The translations under genes and the position numbers were made by a program. Source: an uncultured Chloroflexia bacterium (lineage in GTDB: Bacteria > Chloroflexota > Limnocylindria > QHBO01). Taken from it: 64,000 nt of DNA. The notes below the pieces were generated by a model. It saw only the letters and a list, made by a program, of their open reading frames with translations. It searched no databases and was not told where the DNA came from. Shown piece after piece: positions 61,596-64,000 of this stretch (the stretch's first letter is position 1; every line of letters begins with the position of its first letter). Where the stretch lies: NCBI GenBank assembly GCA_963827475.1, contig CAWHAZ010000005.1, positions 448,001-512,000 on the forward strand, in the 5' to 3' direction.

Positions 61596-62225
61596 GTGGC
61601 CGCATCTGTCCCAGTCCGATGGGGACCGCCCCCGCCCGGGCCGATGAGCCGGTTCGCCCGGTGGCTCCGCGGTCTGGCCGGCGCGAAGCCCGAGCCGGTC
61701 GAGCGCCTCCCCGACCTGCCCGTCGCGCTCCGTCGCGCCCCGCTCGCCGTGCCGTACCTCGACGCGGAGCGGGACGGGGACCAGAAACGAGCGGGAGCGG
61801 CCGCCATGGCGGCGGCGGAGGCGGGGATCGCCGCCGAGGCATGGTGGGTGGCCGATTTGTGGGCCCATCGCGCGCTGTGGCATTTCGAGCGCGCGGAGAT
61901 GGCACTCCAGTCGACCCGAGCGGCGCGTCGCATCGGCGACCTGCGCGTGGCGGGCGGCGACCCGGCCAGTGCCCGGCGGTACTATGCCGAGGCGATCAGC
62001 GAGGCCCGTGACCTCGGCGCCGAGCGCGAGGAGGGCCTGGCCGCCTACGGGATGGGCCGTGCCGAACTGGAGCTGGGCAACGTGACTGCCGCCCGCAAGC
62101 TGGCGACCATTGCCGTCGGCCTCCTCGAGCGCTGCGAGGCGCCCGCGGATGAGCTGGCGGCTGCCCGGGATCTGCGCGGCACGGAGGTTGCCGTCCAGGA
62201 GCCCGGGCCCGTGGGCGACGCATGA
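61596..62225 (+). CDS. Hypothetical TPR-like helical protein
   Basis: RRIGDL..ARRYYAEA..A..LG TPR-like pattern. ATGA overlap with proC. Confidence 0.65.
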   Translation: MAASVPVRWGPPPPGPMSRFARWLRGLAGAKPEPVERLPDLPVALRRAPLAVPYLDAERDGDQKRAGAAAMAAAEAGIAAEAWWVADLWAHRALWHFERAEMALQSTRAARRIGDLRVAGGDPASARRYYAEAISEARDLGAEREEGLAAYGMGRAELELGNVTAARKLATIAVGLLERCEAPADELAAARDLRGTEVAVQEPGPVGDA

Positions 62226-63073
62226 CCGACCGGCGCGCGATGAAGGTCGGGATCGTGGGGGCGGGTGTGATGGCCGAGGCCATGATCACCGGCCTGCTTG
62301 CCGACAAGGCGGTACGCCCGGCGGACCTGGTCGCGTCCCATCCGCGTCGAGAGCGACGGACGGCCCTCGGCGCCCAGCACGGCATCTCGGTCGTGGCGCG
62401 CAACCGCGATGCGGTCGCGGATGCGGACATCGTCGTGCTGGCGGTCAAGCCGCAGATGCTGCGGAGCGTGATGCGCGAGCTGGGGCCGGTCCTGGCCGAT
62501 GGCCAGGTCGTGCTCTCCATCGTCGCGGGCGCCACCCTGAAGACGCTGGCCACGGGTCTTGCGCACGCGGCGGTGGTGCGAGCCATGCCCAACACGCCGG
62601 CCCAGATCCGCAAGGGGATCGCGGTGTGGACCGCCTCGCCCGCGTGCAGCGCGGCGCAACGCGACCGTGCCCGCGCCGTCCTCCGCGCCCTGGGCGACGA
62701 GCGCCAGGTCGACGACGAGGACTTCGTGGCCATGGCCACCGCCCTGTCGGGCACGGGCCCGACCTACCTGTTCGCGGTCATGGAGGCGCTGGTCGACGCC
62801 GGCGTGCACCTCGGTTTCCCCCGCGACCTGGCCCACGACCTGGTGGCCGAGACCCTGGTCGGCTCGAGCGAGTACGCGGCTGCCTCCAACCTGCATCCCG
62901 CGCAGCTGCGCAACGCGGTGACCTCGCCCGGCGGGACGAGCGCGGCCGCGATCTACGAGCTCGAGAAGGGCCGCCTCCGCACCGTCCTGTCCGACGCGGT
63001 GTGGGCTGCCTACCGGCGCACGACCGAGCTCGGCGAGCGGCTGGAGGCCGAGACCCTGGCCGACAACGGCTGA
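62222..63073 (+). CDS. proC: Pyrroline-5-carboxylate reductase
   Basis: GAGVMA, LAVKPQ, RAMPNTP, VTSPGGTS. Confidence 0.96.
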   Translation: MTDRRAMKVGIVGAGVMAEAMITGLLADKAVRPADLVASHPRRERRTALGAQHGISVVARNRDAVADADIVVLAVKPQMLRSVMRELGPVLADGQVVLSIVAGATLKTLATGLAHAAVVRAMPNTPAQIRKGIAVWTASPACSAAQRDRARAVLRALGDERQVDDEDFVAMATALSGTGPTYLFAVMEALVDAGVHLGFPRDLAHDLVAETLVGSSEYAAASNLHPAQLRNAVTSPGGTSAAAIYELEKGRLRTVLSDAVWAAYRRTTELGERLEAETLADNG

Positions 63074-63086
63074 GGGCCGGTCACCG

Positions 63087-64000
63087 ATGTACGCCCTCGT
63101 CATGGCCGGCGGGTCCGGCACCCGGCTGTGGCCGCTCTCGCGACGGAAGACCCCGAAGCAGCTGCTCCCGCTCACCGGCGAGGCGAGCCTGCTCCAGCAG
63201 ACGGTCGCCCGCCTCGAGCCGCTCCTCGAGCCGCACGACATCTACGTCATCACCGCCGAGTCCCACGTCCACGCCACGCAGCGGCAGCTCCCTCAGCTGC
63301 CGGAGGGGAACATCCTGGGAGAGCCCCTGGCCCGCTCCACGGCGGTGGCGGCCGCCCTCGGGTCGCTCCTCGCCCGGCGCCAGACCGATGAGGTGGCCAT
63401 CGTCCTGCCCGCCGACCACCACGTGGCCGATGCCGACGCCTTCGTCGCCGCCATCCGCGAGGCGGTGGTCACCGCCGAGCGGGGATACCTCGTCGTCCTG
63501 GGCGTCATCCCCGGCCACCCGGCCACCGGCTACGGCTACGTCATCCGGGGCGAGCAGCTGTTCGCCACCGGGACGGCGGCCGTCACCGAGTTCGTGGAGA
63601 AGCCGAACGCGAAGGCGGCGAAGGAGCTCGTCGCGGCGGGGGCGCTGTGGAACGCGGGCGTGTTCGTGTGGAGCGGCTATGCCTTCCGCCAGGCCCTCGA
63701 GAAGTACCAGCCCCCACTGGCCGAGGCCCTCGACCAGGTGGCTCGCATCCCGCGCACGCCCGGCTGGCAGACCGATGCCCGTGCCCTGCTCGAGCCACTC
63801 CCCGCCATCAGCATCGACGCCGGCATCGCCGAGCCGGCGGCCGCCGAGGGCCGGATGGCGGTCGTCGCGCTGGACGCGGGCTGGTCCGACATCGGCTCCT
63901 GGTCGGCGCTGCTGGAGGCCCTCAGCCGCCAGAGCGGCAAGAGCCTGGTGGCCTCCGGGGAGCACCTCGACCGCGGATCGCAGCGGGTCCTCGTCCACGG
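63087..64000 (+). CDS. manC: Mannose-1-phosphate guanylyltransferase (3' truncated by window, not in ORF track)
   Basis: MYALVMAGGSGTRLWPLSR..PKQLL, PADH, TGYGY, FVEKP, WNAG, WSDIGSW. Confidence 0.9.
   Translation, partial: MYALVMAGGSGTRLWPLSRRKTPKQLLPLTGEASLLQQTVARLEPLLEPHDIYVITAESHVHATQRQLPQLPEGNILGEPLARSTAVAAALGSLLARRQTDEVAIVLPADHHVADADAFVAAIREAVVTAERGYLVVLGVIPGHPATGYGYVIRGEQLFATGTAAVTEFVEKPNAKAAKELVAAGALWNAGVFVWSGYAFRQALEKYQPPLAEALDQVARIPRTPGWQTDARALLEPLPAISIDAGIAEPAAAEGRMAVVALDAGWSDIGSWSALLEALSRQSGKSLVASGEHLDRGSQRVLVH

Overview
A GC-rich bacterial chromosomal segment, probably Chloroflexota (an inference from the rpsU sequence style and gene order, not tested). The backbone is housekeeping genes: ROK-gap-pgk-eno, rpsT, lepA, hrcA-grpE-dnaK, dnaJ-prmA-rsmE, hit, rpsU-yqeY-pgpH-ybeY, pth-mfd, acnA, apt, ahcY, proC and manC. 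Accessory blocks sit at the junctions: a two-component system with an ABC exporter, two zinc-ribbon/class III cyclase/STAND ATPase/TPR genes, and an arginine deiminase cluster with two different transporters and an unlisted 49-aa ORF. Further blocks carry mscL, a K+ channel, DNA repair genes, and a nucleotidyltransferase plus EEP phosphoesterase pair. Regulatory signals include two CIRCE operators, a twice-repeated palindromic operator for the two-component system, and a pervasive TANNNT-N6-10-start pattern suggesting leaderless transcripts. About 25 single-base frameshifts, including one in dnaJ, look like sequencing errors. I saw no tRNA, rRNA, CRISPR array, transposase or integrase. The best candidate for an undescribed system is the Pol-beta-type nucleotidyltransferase plus EEP pair at 44.5-46.1 kb.
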